This document shows positions 37,266 to 51,892 of a DNA stretch of 64,000 nucleotides, piece by piece. The DNA lies in the NCBI GenBank assembly GCA_964016885.1, contig OZ024756.1:10540001-10604000 (forward strand), written 5' to 3'. Position numbers and translations under genes: made by a program. The notes below the pieces were generated by a model, which did not search any database, was not told the origin of the DNA, and saw only the letters and a program-made list of their open reading frames with translations. The DNA is from Eledone cirrhosa (Eukaryota). Numbering within the stretch: position 1 is the first letter of the stretch; each line of letters starts with the position of its first letter.

Positions 37266-37525
37266 TAGATAGATACATTATGTATATATACATTATATAA
37301 ATATATATATACATTATATATATATATACATTATATATATATATACATTATATATATATATATGTATATATATATATGTATATGTATATATATGTAGATA
37401 AATCTACCAAGAGTTTACGGTAGTGTCCAATCCGTATGAAGAACTCAATGTATTCCGGATATCATGGAAAGAAGAAATGTAATGAAATCACTTTCGGTGA
37501 AAGATAAACGGTATACAGAGTCAAG

Positions 37526-37929
37526 ATAAAATATTAAACAAATAATGAATAAACAATTCCTTATATTAAACAAAAAAAGTTCATTATTTAACGATGGTTT
37601 CTAGGATATATATGTGTTAGAGTTGGCATGCATATTCAACAGATCTATGTACAAAATTATACAAAATTATACAAACTATCAAAATTAAATATACATACCA
37701 ACACATATATACGCCGTCTTCAGAAATATTTCTGAAGACGGCGTATATATGTGTTGGTATGTATATTTAATTTTGATAGTTTGTATAATTTTGTATAATT
37801 TTGTACATAGATCTGTTGAATATGCATGCCAACTCTAACACATATATATCCTAGAAACGATCGTTAAATAATGAACTTTTTTTGTTTAATATAAGGAATT
37901 GTTTATTCATTATTTGTTTAATATTTTAT
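37526..37929. mobile_element. Spacerless 404-bp palindrome with long-stem-II HHR-like motif in each arm
   Basis: Centre gaaatatttc at 37727/37728. + strand: tattt CTGAAGA cggcgtatatgtgttgg...aacacatatatatccta GAAA cgatcg tt aaata. Confidence 0.8.
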
Positions 37930-40709
<2,780 letters not shown>

Positions 40710-41236
40710 GAAAAAATGGGGAGAAGAATACTGCAATGTTGCACATGGATAACATGTTATAAAATGAGTCCCTCATCAGTGATTTACCAACGGTCACAGG
40801 TATTTCATTGCATTAAAAATCATATACCTCACGTTGGCACAATAATAACTAAAATATGTTATTAGGACAATTAAAACGCGTAAAGCGAGTGAGACAAGTA
40901 AACAACACAGAGGAAAGCTAACCAAAGATAGGAAAGACACAAGCTACATAGTTATTCTATCAGTAGAAGCTGGGTGAATATATGAGCGAGTAGAAAATAG
41001 ACCTTTTGAGATGAATCCAATGTAAGAAAGAAGGAAAATCGTTAACATCGCGAACGGGGTGAAGTGAGAAGGGGAGAAACAGTGAGTGAGTGAGTGGAAG
41101 TGTGAGGAAGAGGTCAGTAGAGAGAAAGTGTTAACTGACATGACAGAGGGGATGAAAGAAAGTAAGAGAAACAGAGAGAACGAGGGAGCAGTGAGAGAGA
41201 GAGAGAGAAAAACAGAAACATTATATATATATATAC

Positions 41237-41277
<41 letters not shown>

Positions 41278-41325
41278 CCGTTAGCTTCTTGCTAAAACAA
41301 TCTCTATACCTCTCATTTATATATA

Positions 41326-41387
<62 letters not shown>

Positions 41388-41636
41388 GAGAGGTATAGAG
41401 ATTGTTTTAGCAAGAAGCTAACGGCATTCTATAACATATATGCGACTATAACGTCAAGATGGGAAAAGTAGTTAACGAAAGATTTAGGAAAAATAACTCA
41501 AACTCATCTCAAAAGAGAATCAGGATATAAATTCATCCACAGAATTTAGTAAAATCCAGGGAAAATCTATAGACCTTTAACTCATGATAAAATAAAGTTT
41601 GAAACACTTATCCTTCAATTTGGAATAACATCAAAT

Positions 41637-41718
41637 GCTCTGTATAGTCTTAAAAGACTATTTCATGAAAACTTTCAGTGGAGATGGTCACGGTTGGAAT
41701 TTCAATCATCAGCAGAGC
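41637..41718 (-). ncRNA. Type I hammerhead ribozyme (copy 1)
   Basis: gctctg CTGATGA ttgaaa...tttcat GAAA tagtct-ttta-agacta TA cagagc: 6-bp stem I, 6-bp stem III. Confidence 0.8.
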
Positions 41719-42264
41719 TCAACAGAAAACCAGGGCTCTCATAGTAATATAATCCGAAAAAGGGAATTCTAAAACTGGCTAGTTCGCCTTCATGTGTATT
41801 TATGAAAAAGCACATGAGGAAAAAACGGGGCTAGTGACGTCAGGATGGAAGTGAATATTTATTTACAAGAAATAGCAGTCAAATACATTCTGAAAAAAAC
41901 TCTACAAAGGAGTTCAGCAAAATAGCAATATTATCACAGTTTTTATGAAAAAAACCGGGATTAGTCACAGATAGTTTAAGCACTCTAGGAAAAGAATCCG
42001 AGTATAAATATAAATGAGAGGTATAGAGATTGTTTTAGCAAGAAGCTAACGGCATTCTATAACATATATGCGACTATAACGTCAAGATGGGAAAAGTAGT
42101 TAACGAAAGATTTAGGAAAAATAACTCAAACTCATCTCAAAAGAGAATCAGGATATAAATTCATCCACAGAATTTAGTAAAATCCAGGGAAAATCTATAG
42201 ACCTTTAACTCATGATAAAATAAAGTTTGAAACACTTATCCTTCAATTTGGAATAACATCAAAT

Positions 42265-42346
42265 GCTCTGTATAGTCTTAAAAGACTATTTCATGAAAAC
42301 TTTCAGTGGAGATGGTCATGGTTGGAATTTCAATCATCAGCAGAGC
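42265..42346 (-). ncRNA. Type I hammerhead ribozyme (copy 2)
   Basis: Same motif 628 bp from copy 1. Confidence 0.8.
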
Positions 42347-42461
42347 TCAACAGAAAACCAGGGCTCTCACCTACCCCCCCACCTACCCCCCACTCTCCTG
42401 AGCGTGAATTTAATAAACATTTATCGTACTGCCTCTCTGTTCTGTCCCTGTTCAATTTTTC

Positions 42462-42578
<117 letters not shown>

Positions 42579-42663
42579 GAAAAATTGAACAGGGACAGAA
42601 CAGAGAGGCAGTACGATAAATGTTTATTAAATTCACGCTCAGGAGAGTGGGGGGTAGGTGGGG

Positions 42664-42700
42664 GACGACGTTTCGGGCATAAGCCCTTCTTCAGGTGAGA
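42664..42700 (-). ncRNA. Minimal PLE hammerhead motif
   Basis: cac CTGAAGA a-gggc-ttat-gccc GAAA cgtcgtc. Confidence 0.7.
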
Positions 42701-44040
42701 GTTCAAAAGGTGTGTAGGGGAGTGGTGGAGAGACATATAGCGAAAGGAAACGGTGCGAATGAAAAATTAACAAATAAAGACAAAAATATAATAAATAATA
42801 AATAAAAATAAAGCATGATCAAAATACAAGGAATGAGAAAATTTAAAAATAAAGGCATGATCAAAATAAACTGAAATTAAAAGGGGGGTAAACAGGTGGT
42901 GGAAGGGTGTGGGGTGAGTAGAGGTGGTGGCGGGTGGAGTGGGGAGAGGGAGACGGGGTGTCCGAGCGGGGAGGGCTGAAGGTGGTGTGTGTGGTTAGGT
43001 GTGCGTGTGTGTGTGTGTATGTGAAAGTGAGGGTTGGGGGAAGAACGGGGTTGCATGTTCAGGAAGGTGTGTGTGGGGGGTGTTTTTGTGGGTCGGAGGG
43101 TCTGTGCGTGTGTGGATAGGGGGGTGGGGGGAGAGGAATCAGGGGGCTGAGGGTGTAAATATGTGGTGGGAAGCACGTGTGTGTGGTTTAAGCGTGTTGT
43201 GGGTGTGGGTGGCGTGTGGATAAAAAAAATTGTTTTGGGGTGTGTGTGTGGGTGAGTTATATAGGTGATGGTGTAAGAGGATGGTTGAAAGTGGTAAGTT
43301 ACACGGATGTATGGAGATTTTGGTTGGAAGTCAAAACGCGTGTGGGTAATCCAAGAAGCGGTGGTCGGAAGAGGAGAGATGTGGGGTGCGCGCGCAACAG
43401 GAAGTGGTCAGCAGTGGAAGTGCTGTGATCAGTTGGTGCTGAGACAGTGGTCGGAAGGGCATAGCAGCAGTCGGCGGAATGGTAGGGAGGCGAGGATGGG
43501 TAGGTGTGAGAGTTGGAGTGAGGAGGGCGTGTATGTGTGTGTGTGTGTGTGTATTAGTAGGGGTGTTAGTGGGATGAGTGAGTGTGGAGTGGGGAGAGAA
43601 GGGTGTGTGTGTGGTTCTATGGAGGGAGTGTGGTGTACTGGTGTGTGTGTAGTTTGGTGAGGAGGTGTTAGTGGGTGTTAGTATACGGGAGGTGGGGAGG
43701 TGTGGAATGCAGGTGTGAGTGGGGGTTAGTGGGGGTAGGGTGTGTAGAGTTGGTGGTGTACGAGGGTGTGTGGGTACGTGTGCGTGGGGTTGGAGGGTGT
43801 TAGTGATGTTAGTTGCGTGTGGGGTGGGTGGTGTAAGTGGGTGCGTGTGTGCGTGTGATAAGGAGGCGGAGGAGGAGAAGAGGGGAGGGAAGGGATGTTA
43901 GTATGTTAGTTGGGGAAGGGTGGTCAGATGAGGGGTGGAGTGGAGGTGTTAGTATTGTTAGTGTGGGGTGGGCGGTGAAAAGGAGGGGTGTGTTAGTGGT
44001 GTTAGTGGGGGATAAGTGGGGGGAGGGGGGCGGTCGAACG

Positions 44041-46813
44041 CTAAAGGAATAAGGGTGGGGAGTTCAGGCCGGGGGGAGTGTGGGTCTGTAAGATGAAGAT
44101 AGTACGTTGTTCGACCGTAAGGCGATGGGCGGGTGTTCCGTGGCACTGGAGTAGGCCACAGACTGTGAGATGGCGTGCGGAGTGTCCAGGGCCACGAAAG
44201 TTGCGGGCGATGGGGGAACTGCCCCCGAGACGAATGTCCCGGAGGTGCTCCGTGACTCGGTCCGCCAGGCGGCGTCCCGTCTGTCCGACATAAGTCGCGC
44301 TGCACCTCGTGCAACGAAGTCCGTAGACTAGGTTGGAGGAGGTGCAGCGGAAGGCATGCCGGACCGAGAGAGGGTGGCCGTTGGGACCCTGGAAGGTGGT
44401 GGTGTTGGTGATGTGGGGACAGGTGTTGCAGCGGGGCCTGGAACAGGGGAAGGAACCGGGGGGGGGAGCGTGGGTTGGGGGGTAGGGAGCTGTGGACGAG
44501 GAGGGTGCGGAGATTGCGTGCGCGTTTGAAGGAGGGGAGTGGTGGGGTTGGGAAGATGTGGGAGGTGGAGGGGTCGGACTGGAGGTGTCGGAAGAGGCGG
44601 TGGATGGTGCGGTGGAGGGGTAAGGTGGAGGGGTGGTAGGTGATGGGGAAGGGGAGACGGTGGGTGGGTGTGCGGTGGCGTGGGGTGAGGGTGGTGGAGC
44701 GGGGGATAGCACGGGCGCGGGTGATAGCGGTGTGGACGAGAGAGGGGGGTAACCTCTGCGGATGAAATGGCTGACTAGGGAAAGGGCCTGGGACTCGAAG
44801 TCAGCATCTCGGCTACAGAGGCGGCGGATCCTGAGAAGTTGGGAGTAGGGAATGGAGAGTTTAGTGTGGGTGGGGTGGGAAGAGGTGAAGTCGAGGTAAG
44901 AGTGGGAGTCGGTGAGTTTGAAGAAGGCGGAGGTGACGAGGGAGTGGTGGGAGGGGTCGAAGGCGACGGAGATGTCCAAGAAGTGGACGTGGGTGGTGGA
45001 GATAGAGGTGGTGAAGTGGCGGGAGGGGTGGAAGGAGCAGAAGAAGGAGAGAAAGGAGTCGAGCTGTACTCGGGTGAGGGTCGTGGCTCCGATACAGTCG
45101 TCAATGTAACGACCGTACAGTTCGGGCGTGGGGCCGGTGTACTGGGCAAAGATTTGGGCCTCAACATGGCCAACAAAAAGGTTGGCATAGTTCGGGCCCA
45201 TTCTTGTGCCCATGGCTACCCCCGTGACCTGTTGGTAAAACTCACCCGAGAAGGAGAAACAATTTAGGGTGAGGACCAGCTCGGCGAGGCGAAGGAGGGT
45301 GGGGTGGAGGGAATGGGGGAGGGCGAAGGTCGAGGTAGTGTTTGAGGGCGCGAAGGCCATCGGCGTGGGGGATGACGGTATAGAGGGACTTGATGTCTAG
45401 GGTGAAGAGGAATGGCTGAGGGCCGGGTAGGTAGGTGAAGGAGTCGAAAAGGCGCAGGGCATGGTTGGTGTCAGAGATGTGGGAGAGGAGGGTGGTGACA
45501 AGGGGGGCGAGGAGGGAGTCGAGAAAGGCGGAGATGAGTTCGGTGGGGCAGTTGCAAGCGGAGACGATGGGGCGGCCGGGGTTGTCGGGTTTGTGGAGTT
45601 TGGGGAGGAAGTAGATGGTGGGGGTGCGGGGTGTGCGGACAATGAGGTGGGAAGCGGTGGGGGGGAGGAGGCGATAAGGTCTTTGATGGTGGAGGAGACT
45701 TGTTGTTGGTAGAGGGGGGTGGGATCGGAGGGTAGAGGGCGGTAGAGGGCGGTAAAAGAGGGGGTTACAGAGCTGCCTGAGGGCTTCGGCCGTGTAGAGG
45801 TCCGCGCGCCATACCACCACGGCGCCTCCCTTGTCCGCCGGTTTGATGACGATGTCATCTCGGCTACGGAGGGAGCGGAGAGCGAGGAGTTCGCCCCGTG
45901 AGATGTTGTGCCGTTTGGAACGGTGGCGGAAGTCGAAACGATTTACTGCGCTACGGCTGGCATCGACGAAGGCGTCCAGGGTGCTAAATTGCCCTGGGGC
46001 CGGCGTCCAAGAAGATGGTCGTCGGCCCAGGGCGAGAAACGGGTCTGGGGCGTCCGGAGCCGGTGGCGTTCGGCTGAAATGTGCCTGTAGCTTAGTGCGT
46101 CGCACGAATCGCTCGACTTCCGTTCGGGTGCGGAACTCGTCGCTGAGCGGAGTGTGGGGTATGAAGCGAAGGCCTCTACTAAGGAGTGAGCACTCAGGTG
46201 CGGAGAGGGGGAGGTCAGGGGGTATGGTGACAACAAGGGGTGGGGTTTGGGTGTTGGGGGAGGGAAGGGAGGGTGCGGTGAGGGGTGGAGATTGGGTGGG
46301 GGTTGAGAGGTGGGGAGTGGTGGGCGTATGGGGATGGGCGGGTGGTGGTGGATGGGGGGGGGGAGTGAGTGTGGCTTTGGTGGAGCTGAGGAACGAGAAG
46401 AGGTTGTGGTTAAGGTTGTGGATGAAGGAGAGGATGGCTTGGGCGAGGAGGGGGTGGCAGGTGGAGTAAAGGCGGAGGAGGGTGGGGGTCAGTTGGTGGT
46501 CAAGTAGGCGGAGGGTGGAACGGGAGGCGCGGATGGAGTTGCGCATCAGAAGGCGTGAGGATCGGGTGAGGATACGTTGCGCGGAGGGGGAAGCAGCGGG
46601 GGAGGGGTGGAAGTGTAGGCGGAAGCCAAGGGGGATAAGGTGGAGGCGGAGGCAGTGGCTGAGGAAATGGATGTGGCTGGAGTGCCGGGTTTTGGCGAAG
46701 AGAAGGTAGGAGAGTTGAAGGGCGGAGGGGAGATAGCAGGGTGGAAAGAGGGGGGTGAGGAAAAGTTGGAGGCGATTGTGGAGTTGGTGGAGAAAGGATC
46801 TCAGGTTGGCCAT
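44041..46813 (-). pseudogene. Penelope RT-GIY-YIG polyprotein with several frameshifts
   Basis: IKPADKGGAVVV, YFLPKLHK..PGRPIVS, LDIKSLYTVIPH, GVAMGTRMGPNYANLF, RYIDD, SIPYSQLLRIRR, CSRPRCNTC, LVYGLRCTRC..YVGQTGR..EH, PPGLN. Frame changes near 45330 and 44470-44745 in C-rich runs. Confidence 0.9.
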
Positions 46814-46929
46814 GATGGGCGTTGGGTGAAAGCAGGGGGAGGGATGAGAGGGCGGGGGTATATAAGTATTGAAGTTTCCGTTGAAAATTGAAAAAGTCAT
46901 AGGAGTGAAGAGTGCTCTATGTAAGTTAC

Positions 46930-46968
<39 letters not shown>

Positions 46969-47256
46969 AGATCAAAAGATGGTTAAAGGAGTTCCATGTA
47001 TTTTATTATGCACATTTCAAAAACAAACATCATCATGCAATAATATTTGTGTTTTCATCAGATAAAACAGGAGGACATGATATGAAGGCTAAAAAACACT
47101 TGTGGATAGTGCAGTTTTAAATCAACATATATGTATAAATCAACATATATGTATAAATCAACATATATGTATAAATCAATATATATGTATATAGTAACTT
47201 ACATAGAGCACTCTTCACTCCTATGACTTTTTCAATATATATATATATATATATAT

Positions 47257-47527
47257 ATAAGGAAAAAAGATGAAATGGAAAATGCACCTGGAGTCTTTTT
47301 TTTTTTAAATTTATATTTTTATTTGGTTCCTTTACCAGTTTCACAGTTCTTCTGCTTTTCAAAAGTAGAATTGAGATGGTGGGTCTCTGAGAAAAACCAC
47401 AGACCCTCCATCTCAATTCTACTTTTGAAAAGCAGAAGAACTGCGAAACTGGTAAAGGAACCAAATAAATATATATTTAAAAAAAAAGACTCCAGTTGCA
47501 ATTTCGATTTTATCTTTTTTCCTTATA
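47257..47527. mobile_element. ~270-bp palindrome with degenerate HHR, flanked by TA tracts
   Basis: Arms meet at ~47392. + strand: ctt TTGAAAA gcag-aagaa-ctgc GAAA ctgg TA aag (47422-47458). Confidence 0.75.
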
Positions 47528-47611
47528 CTTTCACTTGTGTAGGACACCTCGGTTATTTTTCATTTTGTAAAAAAAACCTCACTTTCTAATATATATATAT
47601 ATATATATATA

Positions 47612-48110
47612 TGTAGAGGTTATATTTAATTTGTTGGGATACAACAAACTAAATATTTTTATAACTGATATAAAGCACTCAACAAATTATAGAGTAAATA
47701 TACAATATATTAACAAATGGAAACTATATTTATAAAACCATATTTATTTCATTATACATATTTCAAGGGCCACCAGAGCAAACTATGGTGCGCTTTCATC
47801 AGATAAAATATAATATAGGTTAGCTTTATAAATAACGGCTTAATTTAAATATACTGTTTTAAACCTTTCCAACACTAATTTGCATAATAAACCAACAATA
47901 AATCTAATAACTCCACTATCCAGGAGATTCCAACCAGAATGGTTGCATTTTTTAATGGTATGTCAATATTTATTTATAAAACTAACCTATATTATATTTT
48001 ATCTGATGAAAGCGCACCATAGTTTGCTCTGGTAGCCCTTGAAATATGTATAATGAAATAAATATGGTTTTATAAATATAGTTTCCATTTGTTAATATAT
48101 TGTATATATA
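47612..48110. mobile_element. Family B inverted element with HHR in both arms
   Basis: Arms ~47701-47823 and ~47982-48104. + strand: attttat CTGATGA aagcgcacca..tggtagccctt GAAA tatg TA taatgaaat. Confidence 0.82.
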
Positions 48111-48119
48111 TATATACAA

Positions 48120-48390
48120 TGATATTAAATAAATGGAAACTATATTTATAAAACCATATTTATTTTATTATACATATTTCAATGGTACCAAAATACTTTG
48201 GTACGCTTTCTTCAGATAAAATACAAAATTTGTTTTATAACTAGCGACATACCCAGAAAAATCATACCTTATCAGTTGGATATTCTCTGGATAGTGGAAA
48301 TGTATTAGGGATTTTTCAAACTTATGGGTGAATATGCAAATGAATATGTAAATAATTGAAAAACAACCGTTTATTTAAACGACTATGGAG
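48120..48390 (-). mobile_element. Family B terminus with HHR (48163-48222)
   Basis: Minus strand: attttat CTGAAGA aagcgtaccaaa-gtat-tttggtaccatt GAAA tatg TA; homologous to 63180-63460. Confidence 0.8.
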
Positions 48391-48939
48391 AGAAAGAAGA
48401 GAGAAGAGAAGAAGGACAAAATAGAGAGACCGAGAAGAAGGAAAAAACCGAAGATGAATAAAAACTCATATAATGTTAATTTGAGGGAAATATATTCGGA
48501 CAATTACGTATGTTTATATGTAAATATATATCTTAATATTATGTGTATTTATATTAATTGTTTAAAATTTGTTTATAATATAATATTTTTCATTCGTTTA
48601 TAAGTAGATAATTAAATAAATAAATAAATATATGGGTATATCATGTTATAGATATTTTTTCAAATGAGTTATGAAGGATATTGGTTTTGTATTTTATGTA
48701 AATAGATATGTATTTAAAATTGAGAATAATTTAAAATTAAATTAAATTAAATTAAATTATATTAACTAAGTTAATTAAGAATATTTATATTTATATGATT
48801 TAAAAGGGAAGATAAGGAAAAAACTCCGGTTTTATTTATTTATTTATTTGTGAGTGTGAAATTATTTAGTCAAAATAAATATAGATGTTTAAGATATATT
48901 TGGCCATAATTAGTTAGTCGTTATTAATCTATTGAAACA

Positions 48940-50220
48940 ATACTATTTATTATTGCCCTTCAGGCTATAACAGAGGAGTTCAAGACCAGCTGCCCTTGGG
49001 AACTTCTATATGCAGATGATCTAACGCTCATAGCTGAATCAATGGCTGAACTAGAGAAGAAATTCCAAACATGGAAGCACAGCCTAGAATCAAAAGGCTT
49101 TAAAGTTAACTTGTCTAAGATTAAAGTTCTAGTTCATTCCATTGCACAGATGGTTCTATAGAAATAGTGGAGACCTTCCGTTACCTGGGTGACAAAATCA
49201 GCAGTGGGGGAGGGTGCTCTGAAAGTATAGTAGCTAGAGTCAGAACGGGATGGAAAAAGTTCAGAGAGCTTATACCACTATTGGCCGCTAAAGGGTTCTC
49301 TCTAAAAATGAAAGGCAGGCTGTATGATGCCTGCATACGAACAGCAATGTTATATGGCAGTGAGACCTGGGCATTGTGTGCAGAGGATATACGCAGACTG
49401 GAGAGGAACGAAGCTTGCATGCTCCGTTGGATGTGTAATAGTAATATACGTGAACGGCAGAGCATAAACGAACTAAGGGAGAAATTAAAAATAAGAGGAA
49501 TCAGATGTTGTTTACTTGAGAGAAGACTACGTTGGTACGGTCACGTGATGCGCATGAAAGACGACAGCTGTATAAAAAAGTGCAGGGCAATAAAAATAGA
49601 CGGTAGCCATGGAGTAGGCAGACCCAGAAAAACCTGGGCGGACTTGATAAATTCCGACCTCACACACTTACACCTCTCCAAGACAATGTCACTGGACCGA
49701 GATATTTGGCGCTACACAGTAATACAGAAGACCCGCCTTACCTAAGTACAAAGTGAAACCTACTACAGTCAGTAGGCACCTCTAACAAAATTACACCCCC
49801 GTCCCACTACCCCCACCCCATCCACACCACCCCTTTCAATGCAAAGTTATGTTGGTACCACAACATCCAGTCCGAAACAAATGAGGTCATGTAGGTGTCA
49901 CGACAAAAAAACACACAGTCCATGCTGTAATGTGGCCGTGTAGGTAACACGGTAAAAACCTCCCAGTCCACACTGTAAACGTGGTTGGTGTTAGGAAGGG
50001 CATCCAGCCGTAGAAAACCCGCCAGACGTGTAGGTGTCATGACAAAAAAACACACAGTCCACGCTGTAATGTGGCTGTGTAGGTAACACGGTAAAAACCT
50101 CCCAGTCCACACTGTAAATGTGGTTGGTGTTAGGAAGGGCATCCAGCCGTAGAAAACCCGCCAAACAGTCCTATACGAGCAGGACAACCAATCTTGCCTC
50201 AAGTGGGAAAAATCCCGTCC
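48940..50220 (+). mobile_element. 5'-truncated RTE copy with internal deletion; tail interrupted at 50220
   Basis: Aligns to ~10305-11790 of the intact RTE, lacking ~10500-10718. Confidence 0.9.
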
Positions 50221-50336
50221 AGTGACTCCAGTTCCCCAGTGAATTAACAACCCAGCAAGGAACTGGGCATATCAGAGTATTGACAATATCATACACCTAA
50301 ACAACATATGTACTTGTCTATACCATACTAATTCAA

Positions 50337-50391
50337 ACTGCCTGAAGAGGTCACAGCCAAAGATGGCTGTCACTGAAATATATATAGCAGT
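50337..50391 (+). ncRNA. Minimal type I hammerhead ribozyme in a ~220-bp element ending in (TA)n
   Basis: actgc CTGAAGA ggt-c-acagcca-aaga-tggctgt-c-act GAAA tatata TA gcagt aataaa. Confidence 0.8.
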
Positions 50392-50440
50392 AATAAACGA
50401 AGCTAAATTTTAATCATTTGACTTTTATTTAACTTTATTT

Positions 50441-50495
<55 letters not shown>

Positions 50496-50515
50496 ATATA
50501 TATATATATATATAT

Positions 50516-50992
50516 ATCATCATCATCATCATTTTACGTCCGCTTTTCCCTGCTTGCTAGGGTGGGACTGGTCTTATTCAGCACAGCATCTCTCCACTCG
50601 TCACGGTCCTTCGTCATCTCCACCGTGAGCTTCAATGATCTGAGGTCTGTTCTCACCACCTCCGCCCAAGTTTTTCGTGGTCTGTTCTCTACCACATCTT
50701 CCTTCAACTGGCATTTCCTGGCACTTCTTCACCCATCGGTCATCCTCCATGCGCATCACATGTCCACACCACTTCAGTCTCCTCTCCTGTACACTACATT
50801 CTATCCCTCTCAGATACAGTTTCTCTCTCAACACATTTATGCTGGGTCGTTCATGCACATCCAACGGAGCATGCTTGCCTCATTTCTCTCCAGTCTTCGC
50901 ATATCCTCTGCAGGTGCTGCCCATGTCTCACTACCATGCAGCATCGCCCTCCTCACACAGGCATCATACAACCGGCCTTTCGTATGCAACTG
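50516..50992 (-). mobile_element. 5'-truncated RTE LINE, third subfamily with very short 3' UTR
   Basis: KGRLYDACVRRAMLHGSETW..ERRLKWCGHVMRM; ends gcaagcagggaaaagcggacgtaaaatgatgatg. Confidence 0.88.
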
Positions 50993-51396
50993 AACTGGAC
51001 TGGGAAAAGTCAACAGTTGACATGATTTTGATTTTGTATCAGTACTGCCGGTAATATATATATATATATGTGTGTGTTTGTGAGTGGTGTGTGTGTTTGT
51101 ATGCATGAATGAGTGTTGGTATGTGAGTGGCGTGTGTGTTTGTGGTTTGTATGCATGAGTGTTGGTGTGTGAGTGTGCGTGTCGTGTCAGTAAGTGTTTT
51201 TTTTGTTTTTTTTTCAATGACCATGCTGTAAAATGGAGGGGTAGAGAGGGCCCTTGAGTCTAGTAAGACATCCTCTCTAGTGCTGGTGGCACAAATAAAA
51301 GCACCCAGTCCATGCTGTAAAGTGGTGCTGGTGTTAGGAAGGGCATCCAGCCAGTGTATCAATGCCAAAACGCTTATCAGCACACCAACAAATAGG

Positions 51397-51439
<43 letters not shown>

Positions 51440-51442
<3 letters not shown>

Positions 51443-51751
51443 CATCATTCATCATCATTTCATTTTACGTCCACTTTTCCATGCTTGCAAGGGTGGGACG
51501 GGAACTGATTCTGGCATGATTTCTACAGCTGGATGCCCTTCCTAACACCAACCTCATTTACAGTGAGTGCTGGGTGCTTTTTTGCCGTGGCACCTCCACG
51601 ACCACTTTGCAGTGGAATGATATGGACCCCAGTCCCTATCATCTCATTTCTACAGCTGAGTAAACTGGAGCAATGTGAAATAAAGTGTCTTGCTCAAGGA
51701 AACAACACATCACCCGGACTGAGAATTGAACTCACAACCTTTCGATTGCAA
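51440..51751 (-). mobile_element. CORE-type SINE (family 1), head truncated
   Basis: Reverse complement of ~23820-24122. Confidence 0.9.
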
Positions 51752-51790
51752 TTAATATATATATTAATTTTTTCGACCCGGAATAACTTA

Positions 51791-51838
<48 letters not shown>

Positions 51839-51892
51839 TATATACATACACATATATATACATATACATATATATATATATATATATATATC

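Larger units (their letters stand above)
41380..42369 (-). mobile_element. Retrozyme-like element: two ~360-bp direct repeats (628-bp period), each with a full type I HHR
   Basis: 41380-41741 matches 42008-42369 with one difference seen; non-coding; abuts (TA)n. Confidence 0.85.

Noticed and set aside
40710-40790. Hammerhead on minus strand (CTGATGA-ggga)
   Set aside because: No GAAA/UH half before the TA array; at best truncated
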